NCBI GenBank assembly: GCA_002633005.1
Contig: NMRA01000024.1
Location: 1,066,551 to 1,130,550 of the forward strand
Reading direction: 5' to 3'
Origin: Phoronis australis
Lineage: Eukaryota > Animalia > Phoronida
Length of the DNA: 64,000 bases
Part shown: positions 12,045-25,143 of the stretch, piece after piece
How the letters are laid out: each line of letters begins with the position of its first letter
Numbering within the stretch: position 1 is the stretch's first letter
Position numbers and translations under genes: made by a program
The notes under the pieces: generated by a model
Told to the model about the DNA's origin: nothing
Databases searched by the model: none
The model's input: the letters and a program-made list of their open reading frames with translations, nothing else

Positions 12045-13464
12045 TGGTGTATTCCACAGTATTCGTTTTGTTACAGATGTGACATTCAGACACTTTAAAT
12101 TCCAATATAAAATTAGTGAAACATCACAGTAGTATGAAATTTTAAGTACACATTACACACTTGATGGAAGCACTTCAGGTATCAAAAGTTTTTAATTCTG
12201 CACATTATAAGTGTACTAAAATTTACTTTTAATTAGTGTTACAGATGTGACCGAAAATGCCATGGTTAATATGCTAATGGTGGTTTGTCTAAAAACTCTG
12301 TTCTGTCTTTCATATTATGGAACTAGTTTCCCTATAGATAATTTAACTATTTATTTGGCTATAACATGAAGAAAAGGTTTTTGAACTAAAATCAAGTCTT
12401 TGTATAATTATGAGCAATTTAAAAAAACCACGTGCGTTACAGATGTGACTGTTACAGATGTGACTATTTGGCACTTGCACTATACAGAGTTGTAGAATGC
12501 AATTTTAATGAAAACAAAGCTANNNNNNNNNNNNNNNNNNNNNNNNNNNNNNNNNNNNNNNNNNNNNNNNNNNNNNNNNNNNNNNNNNNNNNNNNNNNNN
12601 NNNNNNNNNNNNNNNNNNNNNNNNNNNNNNNNNNNNNNNNNNNNNNNNNNNNNNNNNNNNNNNNNNNNNNNNNNNNNNNNNNNNNNNNNNNNNNNNNNNN
12701 NNNNNNNNNNNNNNNNNNNNNNNNNNNNNNNNNNNNNNNNNNNNNNNNNNNNNNNNNNNNNNNNNNNNNNNNNNNNNNNNNNNNNNNNNNNNNNNNNNNN
12801 NNNNNNNNNNNNNNNNNNNNNNNNNNNNNNNNNNNNNNNNNNNNNNNNNAAAATTGAGTCATGAAAAGTAAATCTTTACTTAGTGGCTGCAAAAGATGGT
12901 CACATTTCTTACATCATGTCACATCTGTAACAAACTGTTACAGATGTGACTTGAAATGTTTTTTGATTTTTTTGGAACTGGATTGAGATATATTTGAGAA
13001 ATTTTGCTAAATTATGTTGATTAGGGTGAATAAAGAGAAAATTAAATTGTGTTAAAATTGATTTACTTTTTTTCTTAAAATCAAAACTTTTGTTACTTAA
13101 ATGTTACAGATGTGACTTTCACTAATTTGAAAGTTTAATTGGAAATACTAATTATCAAAAAATCAGGTAGTTTCAACTGTTAGTATACTTCTTGTGTAGC
13201 AAATGATATATTAAAACAATTTTGGCATTTATTTCTTCATGTCTGTAGAAAAAGTTATGAAAAAAGTTATGTCACATCTGTAACGCAAAATTTTACAAAT
13301 AAGAGATAAACCTTCCGATAAAAGCAAAATTTCTAAGACTAACAGAAAATGGACCTGCAGACAACAAAATTCAATGATTAAACTATGTGTAAACATCAAA
13401 ATGAAAGTTAAAAGGCTGATTTGAAATTTTTAAGTCCATGGCACAAATACCGTGGAATGCACCA
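12045..13464. mobile_element. Non-autonomous TIR DNA transposon with eight copies of GTTACAGATGTGAC; spans the assembly gap
   Basis: TIRs tggtgtattccacagtattcgt / acaaataccgtggaatgcacca with TA (or ATAT) flanks. 14-mer at 12070, 12238, 12436, 12451, 12937, 13103 (+) and 12918, 13271 (-). Confidence 0.8.
12523..12849. other. Assembly gap (327 N)
   Basis: Run of n characters. Confidence 1.
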
Positions 13465-13489
13465 TATTTTGATTTTTACTCTTTTACTG

Positions 13490-13700
13490 TCTGCCATTGA
13501 TTGGGTCATGTCTCCATGTCTTCTTAGTAAAATTTGACAAAAAAAGAAAGGAGCATTGATTGCAAATTACGGTCTCAATAACATGTCCAAATTCCATGAG
13601 ATACGTGTTTGGGATAAAACCTCGAACAGACTGTTACAGTTTTTAAAATTTTCATTTCGTTTTTGTTCTATGTAACTTTTCAAGAAAATCACTTAAGACC
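13490..13700 (+). repeat. Copy of an old dispersed AT-rich repeat family marked by ATTGGGTCA(T/C)GTGAC
   Basis: attgggtcatgt...aaaatttgacaaaaaaagaaaggagcattgattgcaaattacggtctcaataacatg resembles the reverse complement of 15060-15165 and direct copies at ~16310-16440 and ~25245-25520; a further piece lies at ~31090-31180. Confidence 0.65.
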
Positions 13701-14949
13701 CAGTTTTTGACAGCAATACTTTGGCTATATTTCATCTCAGGTTTATTCCCGAAGGCAACAGGTAGGCGTTCCAGGCAGAAAACGAAATAGCACTGATGAA
13801 AATTTCTTTTCAGTCTACGCAACTGTGTACTAATCACTCTGATGACTTGAGTTCGTAGTTTAAAAAGCTAATGAAAAAACCTAGCGCTTTTACCACAAAG
13901 ACTAGCTGTCGTCACGAAAAGGTCATTTTCGCCAACAGTTAGTTTCCTCACAACCTGAATTGTATTTGAGCAAACATTGAGGTAAAAACGTGTTCACTCT
14001 CCACCATAAATTGATCAATGTGACGATAAACAAAGGCCTTTTTTCCCCATTGTATATGTGTCCTTTGGCGTAAGCGGTGTGGCTACTTCAGTATTAGCGA
14101 GAACACCAGCACTGTTATTGTAACTCAAACTGTCCACTGTTTTCACTACTACAAAAGTTGCTACTGTTTAAGGTAGTTTGTGAATGGTTATTAGATATGA
14201 TAACATTCAGAATTTAGCCATTTTTGGACAGTTTTGTAGGGTGTCCCATAGTCGATGAATGAGTACAAGTAGGTGAATGAAGTCATGTATAGGGAAACAG
14301 GATCTGCTAAATAGGGTTTCAGTCCATTTTAGAGAATTTTCACGGAAAAGGGACCAGTATGTGGGGACTTATGGTTAGCAACTTTCCAAAAAAGGTATAA
14401 TCCATAGTTTCGTTGTTTCGTAAAGTACAACTTCCAATGTCGGAGGTTCTTTTGTAAGGAACTGAATAGGAATACCCACCTGAAAACCAGGTAAATCATA
14501 CAATGCATTTTCTACCTGTGCATAAAAGGAGAATTGTTTTCAGCATAACATATGGGGGGACAAATGAAATTTTACTTTCTGTCAAATTTCTCAACAAAAA
14601 TAAGATCTAGAAAATGGTAGTCTAGTTTTAGTTTGGTTTGTGTTATGTACAGGTTGAACATAACATTTGGTCAAGTTTCTAATATTTACAACAAAGTAAT
14701 CGGCCTTTGAGAAATTGAAAAATGTCAACTTTGACAATTTTTGTGCAGAATACTTCAAGAATTACCCATGTGAGATGCTGCCCCCTGCCATGTCATATAC
14801 AATACTTGTCTGAGTTAAAACCGGATTCCCATCAATTTGGAAAATCAAACATCGGGGTGGTCATTAAGTCCACCATGGACGTAAATTTAGAACATTCATT
14901 TGAAACTTCCCGAGAAATAAATTGTTTTTAAATTGTTCCACTTTTTACC

Positions 14950-15165
14950 GAGGATTTCATGAAAAAATCCTAAGTTAAATGAGATGAAAATGAATCGAAC
15001 ACAAAATTATACTTAAAAAACTGTGTCATATTTTTGAGATCTCACCTTTAATATTTACATCAAATAAAACTCGATCATGTTATTGATACCATTGTTTTGC
15101 TATCAATGTACTTTTCTTGTTTGCTAAATTTTGCTCCAAAGGATGTCACATGACCCAATTAATGA
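14950..15165 (-). repeat. Inverted copy of the GGGTCATGTGAC repeat family
   Basis: catgttattgataccattgttttgctatcaatgtacttttcttgtttgctaaatttt...gtcacatgacccaatt is the diverged reverse complement of 13497-13600. Confidence 0.65.
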
Positions 15166-16859
15166 TGATGGTGAAGCGTCAAAAACCAAATTCTTCAGGA
15201 TTTCTCCTTTCGGAAAATATATGGTATTATTGAATTAGAATATATTGTATTGTATTGTTTTGTAGATAAGGGTATTTAACTTGATGGTATGGGTTGGTAT
15301 TAATCTGAACATGGAGGTTTTAACTTTGAAAGTTCTGGGTGGGCGTTAATCAGCGGCAGAGAATTGATTAGTCTCTCTATTCTCCACCCTTTTCTCCCAC
15401 AGTTGTAAATTTTTATTGTAATGTAAATCAGCACCACAATTGAAAAAATTTAATGTCTCTCTGAACATTAAAAATACATAGTGGCTGAAACAAATTAACT
15501 CTAGCATGCATAAAAAGCACCTGCCCTCATTTGAACTTTATTATTTCATTGAAATAATAATTTTTTTTTTGTATTTCACTGGCGTCAAAGTAATTTAGCC
15601 TTTTTGCTTGCTTGTTTGAAATTTTGTACTAAAGAGATTCATAGATTTGAATGAAACCAGGCTGTTTGTAAGGTGTGAAAGTTATTGCTTTCTTTGATTG
15701 GCGATTTATGCTTTGAAATACATGCTTTTGGAATTTAGTTGATCTTGTATTCAATACCTGCACCGCTAATGCTCTTCAGTTTATCATTATGACAGACAAG
15801 TTGAATTTTATTTTGTGAAATTTCTCAACTGAAATAAGCGTCAAGAATTTTTTCTTTGGCGGAAGCATTGGTTGTAACATTCAGCTTAAACAAAACACAA
15901 ATCATGACTTAAAGTTTTAATTGAATGCAGGAACGAAAAATAAAGTAAGCCACTCAAATTCATAACATCCATCGTGTAATATTCCTTCTGTGTCAGGACT
16001 TGATTTCCATTGCAAACAAGAACATGAAAACCATCAGAGCATCAAGAATGTGCTTCGGAGTTTGTTGAAGTTGGTGAAACCCGTAACTGGGAATTTGAAA
16101 ACAATGCATGTACACATTGTCTGTGGTTCGAGTTGCCCGCGCGTTCCACTTATAATTCAGGATCAATGTCAATGTTTTTATGTAGGACGAGTTTGCGCAT
16201 AAAGTCAAATGTGCTCAAAACTATGAAATTCAACTCGACAAAAGTATATTTTCTGAAAGTAGAAAGGTTGTAGAATTTGACATTTAACTTTTTACCTAAA
16301 TGTGTCAGTCGTTAATCGGGTCATGTGACCATATTTTTCAGTATAGTTTAGCAAAAAAGTATAAAGGTACACTGTTTTATAAACAATTCCCATGGAGAGC
16401 GGTGCATAAACATAGTATCTGAAAGTTTCTTATGAATTGATGTAATTTTATTTTCGAGAGCAACGTCTCGTCTATCAAATCAGAAAAAAGTATCAAAATA
16501 AGGTCATGCGGAACATAGCTGTTGATTTTATTGAGGAGGCTGAGTCTATGGGTTTCGGCACCAAAAATGTTTTGCTGCCATCTTTTACTCTTCCCATACT
16601 ACTGTGCAGTCTCAACACTGGGGTTTTATCCTCCTTGCCGTTGTTGTCGTGTCTTAAGTGCATTGTGGGACCACTGTTGGCTCATAAATGTCTTGTAGAC
16701 GTGTAATCGTATACAGTTTTTGTTACCGTGTAGTTCCTTCTATTTAGAACATGACAGTGAAATTCTGTTCAATCAAAATTTTTGACAAAAATAAACTGGA
16801 TGGAAACTTTACTTCATTATTTATATACCGTAGTTTATATTCTGCAGTTGTCGTCAACA

Positions 16860-17160
16860 AACTCATGGTGAAATTTCGAGTCAGAGGTTCGTGACGGCAA
16901 TGCGCCGACACTAGCTAACTTACGGACAGATTCAATGACTACATCATTCCCTTAGTGGACTGTCTTTACAAAGCGCTTTTTCAATACTTTTGAGAGGAAA
17001 ATCGTTTTCTGGTGACACCTAGAAAACTGGGTGACGGGTTTCACAATGAAACTTCCTAGATTTCACAGTGAAATTGTATGCGACAGCATGGCATCGGTAC
17101 CAGTTCATTTTTAGCAAATCCAATGATTGCAGCATCTCCTATGGTCATTTTGTCCGGCCG
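16860..17160 (+). repeat. Highly degenerate fragment of the CTCF-motif tandem unit family
   Basis: acggacagattcaatgactacatcattcccttagtggac and gcaaatccaatgattgcagcatctcctatggtcattttg resemble array 1 units. Confidence 0.45.
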
Positions 17161-18926
17161 TCTTATTGTGCAACTGTCTGGTCCACATTTTAAAATCCTC
17201 TGGATTTTTGCGCCTTATTGTGACTAGCTCAGTCACTGGTGGATAACTTGTGTGTTGTGTAACATAAAGATTCTAGAAACATACCCTTTGTGATTCACAT
17301 GTTTAGTTGTTCTGATGGTTTTTTTGTTCTTGCTGGAAATGAAAATGAAGTCTTATCATTGTAAGCAATATTATGAGAAAGGTGATATGCATTTTAAGTT
17401 GTTTTATCAATTTATTTTCGTTTCTTTTTTTGGGGGGGGCAGTCACGTTCTGAGTAAACCATTTTTCTTTTCAGTTGAAAACCAATTATCTTTTTACTTA
17501 GTTGGATTAAAGTTGAATTCATCATTGTGATATAGGGTGTAATCCGGAAAGGTTCAATCATCAATTGTCTACACTAGCAGTTGTTTACCAAAACATGGTG
17601 ATTTTTTTGACATTGAACTAGAATTTAACGTATGCTCACAGTATAAATTGGCCATTTTCCTCCAAGCTTTCGAAGGCTATCTCCCTTTCAAAAGCATTTA
17701 ATGTACTTGAGTACTTTTGTATACAAATTTTTGAAATTTTGAAGCCTATTTCCCATTACCGAGCACAGCCCTCTATAGCCTGGCTCAGTTGCATTGAACC
17801 TAAGCTTTTTCTGTTTTATCAAAAGTGCTCAATCCTTCTACCCTTTTGCACTAGAGGAAAAGTAGGCTAAGGTTAAACAATGTTGGTCATTTGTTGCTAT
17901 TAAAGAAAACCTAACTGCAGATGACGTTTCACTTATTTTCATCTCCGCTTTGTGCGCTTGTTATTCGAGTGTTATTGTTGGATATTTCTAAAAACAAGTT
18001 CTCTTTTTTAACTTCAACAAGGGTCAAGAGTTCGCGAGTGCATATGTGGCTGAGATAACCCGTGGTTATTTTAATCATCTGCGATAAAAACATATCAATG
18101 TGCTCAGTATTTAATGGATGTGTTTTTCATCCTACCTGGTGTTAGTGCATAAAGTATCTCCACAATACATGGGGGTGTGAACATCTGATTAGCCAACAGA
18201 GCGGGCGGAAATTTTCATGTGACACCTCCCTCTCCCCAGGGCTACCTTTCACTTAAGATTTTCAAGTCTAATTCTGTAATGGCTCTCTACACTTGAAATG
18301 TCGTAGCTACCTCAACTTTTTAATGGAAAATGAGAGTGCTGATGAGTCGGAACTACGCCATTTCCTTTGGTCACTGCATCTGTAGTCCATTTCATGAAAT
18401 TTGACATGTGAGACGCAACAGAGAAATTTCATCTCATGCTCCGATACTCTATTTCTGAAAAATTGTTAAGTTTCACTTCAGCTAAAATGAAAAGTCTTTG
18501 AGAGTTTACTAGAATCTGCTGGTCACTGTGACTATTTCCGTTACTTGTTTCCAACCAATTATGCAATCATAACGACTTGCCTAAACCTTTATTCAGCAAT
18601 TGTGAATTGGGAGGGTAAGACCAAATTTTTGTCTTAAGTTACTTCATGAAATGAACACTGATCAGCTTGGACTTAAAATGAACCTAGACGCTCTATTGAC
18701 TGACAACAATTACCTTGAACTTTCCGTGTTTGCATTTTTGTGGAATTTTTGCTCACTCTGCTGAAGACTAAGTGTTTTTCATAATTTCAGCTGCGCTTCA
18801 GTAAATACCATCGATTTTCCATTTTTTAGTTGCTCGTGTGTATTGTTTCACTCACCGAAATCCAACGATAGTTAATCAATGTGAGTAATAGGAATACCTT
18901 TAGTGGCTACTCAGAGGCTACTCTTG

Positions 18927-19157
18927 ACGTGTAAAAAACAAACATCAGTTGCCTACATTGGCTGAGGTGCAGTGTTTCACATTTACGTCTAATCAATAAA
19001 TATCGTGGATCTATGTTATTTTTCACCTTTAGCTTCTCGGGATACTTTTAACGTAAAAATAAACATCAGATGCCTGCCTGCAACTGCCGGGGTGCCCTGC
19101 GTCACATTTACGTCTAATCAATACCTACATTTTATGTTATTTTTCACCTTTAAGTTT
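18927..19157 (+). repeat. Diverged ~124-bp tandem duplication
   Basis: Shared blocks aaacatcag(t/a)tgcct, tcacatttacgtctaatcaata, tatgttatttttcaccttta, starting at 18927 and 19051. Confidence 0.8.
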
Positions 19158-20498
19158 GCATGTACTAAAGCTCGTGTGTAATCAATCATGATACCGTTAT
19201 ATGAAGGTAATTTAACCACAACATAACTGAAGAGGTTTTAAAAAATATCAGCCGCCTGATGACCACTGCAACGCAATAAACATGTAGTCGATGCTATCTG
19301 CCAGTAGATCAAGCACTGGTTGTCAGGTGAGTGGTTTATTACTTTGAAGATGAACTTGGAACTGCTGTGTTTAGGAGGCTGCCATTTAGACATTTTGGAC
19401 CCAGATGAATGAAATTTCAAATGCCAAAATTAAAAAATATAAACAATTGGCCCTGCTCTTTGCTATGATTCTCAACAACTGGTTTGGGGCACGTCATTTC
19501 CAAACACAATTTTGTACAGTTTTAAGTACCGAAAAGCCCTCCCCCCGTGGTTACCTGATTGGTAAAAATACCCAAGATCTGCAAAATTATGGACACCCAT
19601 TGGTATGACTCTGCTTTTCTAACCCTGTTTCCTGATCCAAATCGCGCCACGTTAGTGCTAGGCACGTCATCTCTGACTAGGCGGATTTGTTTTAAGTATT
19701 GTTTTTCTCACACCATATTTTTTTAAGACTGTGAAAATTGTGAAATCCATGGTCATGGCACATGAAATTGAAAAAATCGCTAGTTCAGGTTCACTTTCAT
19801 TAATATTCTTTATCAAAGGAATTGTGCTCAGTAGTAGAAATTTTGTTGTTGGAAATAACATTTTTTTGTCAACAACATTAAGGTTTGTGAGTTTAGTAAA
19901 AATTTCTTTGCCAAAAACGCTCTTGATGACATTTTCATTTTTTTTTAAAGTGACCTTTGTTGAAAAGACAGTTATTTGAAATTTTAAAGTGAATGCGTTT
20001 GCTTCAGTAGGACATCGTGTTTGTTCAGTGAGAAATTTCAGATCCTAATTTAGGCATTTCTTACGTTTGTTCACGAATATAGGATAATTAGATGAGTTTA
20101 GTATTCAAATCAGGTAACGTCAAATAGTTTTCTGTTGTTACAAAAATTGCCCCTGGGCCTCATTTAAGTATCATTTGTATTCTCTGTATTCCCAAAATAC
20201 TGCGGCTCTAACACTTCCTTGTTGTTGTTGTGAATGTGAAAATTAACCTATTTTCAAATGCATTTCATCTCGACTGAGGTTATGTAGAGGTCGGGGATTT
20301 CTCCATTGATTTTTTACACACAAGAATATCTTTTTTTCTCTCCCATGTATTTATTCAGGGAAATAGAGACATCTGGTAAAACATGACGAACGCAAATTGT
20401 TCCGAAATCCAAAATGAACTGGCTTGCAGACCGTTTGGCTCTGTATTTGTCATACTTCTGTTTTTCAAGAGCACCATTCCACCTCATTGTGGTTTATA

Positions 20499-20885
20499 AT
20501 TATCATCATCATTATTGCCATCATCATCATCATCATTATTGCCATCATCATCATCATCATCATTATTGCCATCATCATCTTCATCATTGTCGTGGCTATC
20601 ATCATCACCATTGTCATTATCGTCATCACGACCATTGTCATCATCATTGTCATCGTCATCGTCATTATCGCCACCAGTGTTATCACCATTACCATTGTCA
20701 TTGTCGTCATCGCCATCATCACCATCATCATGTTATCACCATCCTCAATATTGCTGTTGTTCACACCATCCTTGTCATCAATGAAGTTCATTTTGTGATG
20801 TTGTGATTGTGAATATCATTGTCAGGGACTTAGTGCCATCATCACTGTCATTATCACCACCATCATCGTTGTTATTTGCCATCAT
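20499..20885. repeat. Degenerate (CAT/ATC)n microsatellite
   Basis: catcatcat... with cgt/tgt/cac variants; source of the poly-His/Ile/Met/Ser pseudo-ORFs. Confidence 0.95.
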
Positions 20886-21861
20886 TTTATTCCCTCAGAA
20901 CGCTTTGATTTCACTGTCATAGTCTCTGGCTAGATTATGATAAATATTCCATTGTGTTAAAGTGTCAATTTGATTTTAACTGAATGTTGGGTAGGTTTCC
21001 GGAACTTATTGAATTGATAATAGAGTCCATAAGTCGATGGTACATCGTGTTATAATATTTAAGTAAGTAGAACCAATATTCTCCCCTGAATAGCGGCCAT
21101 ATAATTGGTTCTCAAAATTTGGGACCCTGTAAGTGACTGTTTCCGACTTTTCACTTGTCTGCTTTCGGACGCTGGGGTTTTGAAAGTCTAGTGTTAAGTA
21201 CTGAATTTTCTAGTTGCGCACATTTTCAAAAAAGAAAATTTGTCTTATAGAAGCTGAATCTTGCCTTTGATGCACAATCCTTATTTACTTCTGCTGTACA
21301 CCTTTTTTCGATCCTAAGATCCATATAACATGATATTTTTATATTTGCCTCATCTCTGCTGTATGATTCTTTCCCTGTGATTTCTCCGTTGGTTCGATTG
21401 CCATTTACTCCATCGATGATCTGTCATTGTTCGCTGGCTTGTTTCCTGTTTACTTAGTCGAAGTTTGTGTTTTCCGTGGCATCTAATTAGTGAGATTACA
21501 TATAGAAGCAACAATCATCTGGACAACTTTGAAGGTGATGTCAACAGTGCTGGCAATATCACTTTGTACACTTCCTTATTTTAGCCAATCACCCTTAGGA
21601 AATATCAGTAGTGTATAATAACAAGAGACAGCTTTCCGTGGAGTTTCTTGCGAGAAAAATGAGACCACATAAAATCACGTGTGGGAGAGGCAAGGGTTTC
21701 GGGAGTAAATCTGCTGATGTGATTGGATGACATTTTTAGTTGCATAAGCCTTGTTGCGACAAGGGCCTTGAGGGTGTAGTGCATTACATAACCTGACCCT
21801 TTATTGTTTTAATGTTTTGTTTTCATTGTGTCTCATGAAGCAATATTTTATTTGTATTTCA

Positions 21862-22640
21862 TTTTTATTAGGCAAAAGCCATTAGTATGTTATCTATCAT
21901 TTTTAGTTATTTATTTCTTTGTTATCTAATCGACATGAAATTCGCACGCAACACGTGTCTCGTCAGTACCTGGAGGCCTATGTTTCAGGTTAACATTGCA
22001 TGCAATGTGGCGTTGTGGTGCCCCTTTTTCATTATTTTGCTTTGCAGAGCCTTAAAGATTTTTTGTCTGAAACTTGGTATATGGTAGATCATATCAAACG
22101 CTATCTGGTGTATGTCATTTATTTTTCATTACAAGTTATTGTTCTATAGTTACTTGACGTTTTCCGAGGACTGCTCTTTGTTCTTCCCACATCCCTTGAT
22201 GGATCTTTCTGGAATTTGGTATGTAGATACATCTCGTTAAGCGTTATTTTTGCTGTGGCAATGGTTTGTCGCTCCGACTTACCATTCTTGAGTTATTTTG
22301 ATTTGATGAATATATTTTATTGATCGATTCCTCGCTGCTCTTTTGTTGGTCAATTATATGCACGGTACAGGTTGTTTGTTCAACTTGAAATTCTCAGACA
22401 CCATATCTTGTGAAAAGGTGTGAGCCTATTGTTTTTTGCCGAACTCGAACACGAGATGTCGCAGAGGCAACCACGTTTTGAATAATCGTTTTTTTCCGCA
22501 ATCAAATCTTCTGAAATTGAGCGTGTTGATGGATCCCATCATTGGCTATCGGTTTCTCACTATGGCTTACCCTTCTTGAATTATTGGTGTGACTGATTCC
22601 TCAATCCACTTTTGTGGGTTTACCATTTATTGAAAAGGCA
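21862..22640 (+). mobile_element. Old HINE-like element with degenerate internal units (different family)
   Basis: Starts tttttattaggcaaaagcc; recurring unit pieces gaaacttggtatatggtagat, ggaatttggtatgtagat, gaaattgagcgtgttgat. Boundaries approximate. Confidence 0.35.
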
Positions 22641-22642
22641 AT

Positions 22643-22990
22643 GGCTGTGTTCAGACCAACTAACACTGTTATGTAACCCTTACCAGTCACACCAATAGTA
22701 ACTGTTGTAACCATAGTTGGTGGTTTTAATCCCCAGTTGCTCTCTGATTCACCACAGCTAGGGCCTCAGTGCGGCTTTGTTTCCAACAATATTTGATAGC
22801 AGCGCCACCAACTTTTGCAATTGCCGTGTTCACACTGATTTCCGATTGTAACCTCTCATTAAACCACCCTGGCAGAGGGTTTTAACCCCGCTACAGTTGA
22901 AACTTTTCAAACCAACTTTAAAGAATTATAAATTTCAAATCGGTTTTAATTTGGTTTTAAAAGTTATAACTGCTTAGGTGTGAACAGGGC
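22643..22990. mobile_element. Harbinger-like MITE
   Basis: Imperfect TIRs ggctgtgttcagacc / ggtgtgaacagggc; internal gccgtgttcacact and repeated aacc/ggtt motifs. Confidence 0.5.
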
Positions 22991-23007
22991 ATAGGCCTGT
23001 GTTTCTT

Positions 23008-23185
23008 GATCATTTTTGTTATTACCATTCATCGTGGTCAAAATCAACATGATTATCGTCGTCATCATTATTTTTCATTCATTTTCGCCAATAGTTACAT
23101 AACTGTTGTGTTTCTTTACTCATTATTCTCATCATCATTTATCATCGTCCTGCGTCATCAACATCATCATCATCATCATCTGTTT
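23008..23185. repeat. CAT-rich low-complexity region
   Basis: catcatcatcatcatcatc and related degenerate triplets. Confidence 0.75.
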
Positions 23186-24754
23186 TCATTTAATCTTTTC
23201 TTTCTTTTTGTCCATATCGTTAAGTGCTCTCTCCTCAAAGGCTTAATTTCATTTTATGTTATTTTACTGGACTCTCATTCAACCTTGACCTTGCTGCCCA
23301 AGGTGACATCCCCATACTGTCTACCTTGTACTTTAGCTGGGTGTTCTTTGGTGAACTTTTGCTTAACACATTACTCACTACTATTACCGTGCTTTTTCTG
23401 CCATATTGATTATGGATAGGTGTCACTTACTTTTTCAACAACAGTTTTTCCATTAGTTTTTTCAGCCTAGATGTGTTGTTGAGGGGTCGTCTAAGGGTCA
23501 TTCGTAGGTGTTATTGTCACTCATGTATTTTTATGACGTTATAGGTGATGGATAATTAGTTCAAGAAAGGATGTTTTTGTGTTGTTAATGTTTACCTTTG
23601 GGCTTTTTGAATTATACTGGATCTGATATGTTTTTGCGAGAGTGGAAAAAAATTATGCCCTTAATTGCAAATGCGTGTCATGTCAAGTGTACAGTAATTT
23701 GATTGCACAAATGTTTATGGCATATTTTTAATTTTGTGTTCACATTCTGTTATTTTTTGATGGTATCTTTGACCATTTTCAAGTGCTCGTTGCGTACAAC
23801 GTTTTTGCTTGCGTTCAGTCAGTCTCTGTTTGCATTTAGCTTGTGTCACGTTCATCAGTAAAAGTGTAACGAAAATCTAAAACACATTTTATTGAGGTAA
23901 CATGTATCTTGTCAATTTCCAATTGCGCTATTCGAAAGGGATTTTGTGGCCATGTAGTTGTGAATGTTAAATTCTAAACCAGAAAGTTTTGTGGTCTTAA
24001 GACAGTGCCATGTTCAACCTATCTTGAAATCTTACTAAATGAGCCCAGTGCAGCTCAAGTCATTGGCAATGTGAACACTCATTTTGTTGATTCGCTGATG
24101 GTTTCGATAACTTAGTTGCGGGTTAAATACTTTGAAATTGGGAAAAAATTATTTATCTGAAACACCAGCTTTTGAGGCTAGTCCGATTGGCCCTTGATTA
24201 GATGTGAAGACAAATGGCGCCTGATGAAGGGTTGCTCTTGTTAGGCTCAAAAGCTCTTTTATTTTGAGTGATTTACCAGTTTCTATGTTGCTGGCTCATT
24301 TTATTGGCCCTTGTTGGTTTTAGTTAATGATGGTTTCCCTGTTCTTCATGATAACAGAAATAGAGTCTGATCAGGGTAAGGAGTATTGTTAGACCAATGT
24401 AATTAAAGCACAAGGTCTTAACTCAATACAGTAGCGACAAATTGAAATGCACTCTGTTCCCACAGTACATTGTGAACAAATGTTAGCGCCACCTGCCCAC
24501 CTGCAGTTCACATGTAACTCAGTCACTGACTGTGTTTTTATAAATTCTTTAAGATTACTATGCCTTCAGGTTACATCTGTTGTGCGATGATTCATGCAAA
24601 AGACGTGTCGAACACTGCAAAAATTACGAGAATTAAAGAGAAACCGCTTTGTGAGCTCAGTCTATCGTGGCAACCAAAATGTGAATTTGAGTCAATCTGC
24701 AGTTGCTTTCATGGTCTTATAGTGCTATAGACTGTTAAGGGGATGTAGGATCTG

Positions 24755-25143
24755 GGCCCGGTCTCCAATCTTTTTACTCGAAATGGAACTAGAAATTAGG
24801 TTTGGCATTTTCTACTCTACTTTAGGGCGAACTCAAGATAAGTGTCTATTATTCTATGCTCGAGTACACAATAACTTACGTAGATAATTTATTGTCCTTA
24901 GTTCACAGTTTGTAAACCCAATAATAAAGCAATAAGTTTGAGTTTGAACTCGAAATTTCGAGTCTTTACTCAAGTTTGTAGGGTCTTCAAGGGCAAACTT
25001 GAACTAGAAACTCCTATGCATAACCTATAATGTATTCGAGCACAGTCTGATAACCAATTATCTTAAGTTCGCACAAAAGGAGCAGAGAAATTGCCAAAAA
25101 TAGTTTCGAGTTTGTTTCAAGTACAAAGATTAGAGACCGGGCC
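24755..25143. mobile_element. 389-bp PIF/Harbinger-like foldback MITE with CTG target-site duplication
   Basis: TIRs ggcccggtctccaatctttttactcgaaa / tttcaagtacaaagattagagaccgggcc; CTG at 24752-24754 and 25144-25146; imperfect inverted symmetry extends >100 bp inward. Confidence 0.88.

Noticed and set aside
12432-12892. Long ORFs of 118-142 aa
   Set aside because: Artefacts of the N gap.
20414-20806. His-, Ile-, Met- and Ser-rich ORFs in four frames
   Set aside because: Translation of a (CAT)n microsatellite.
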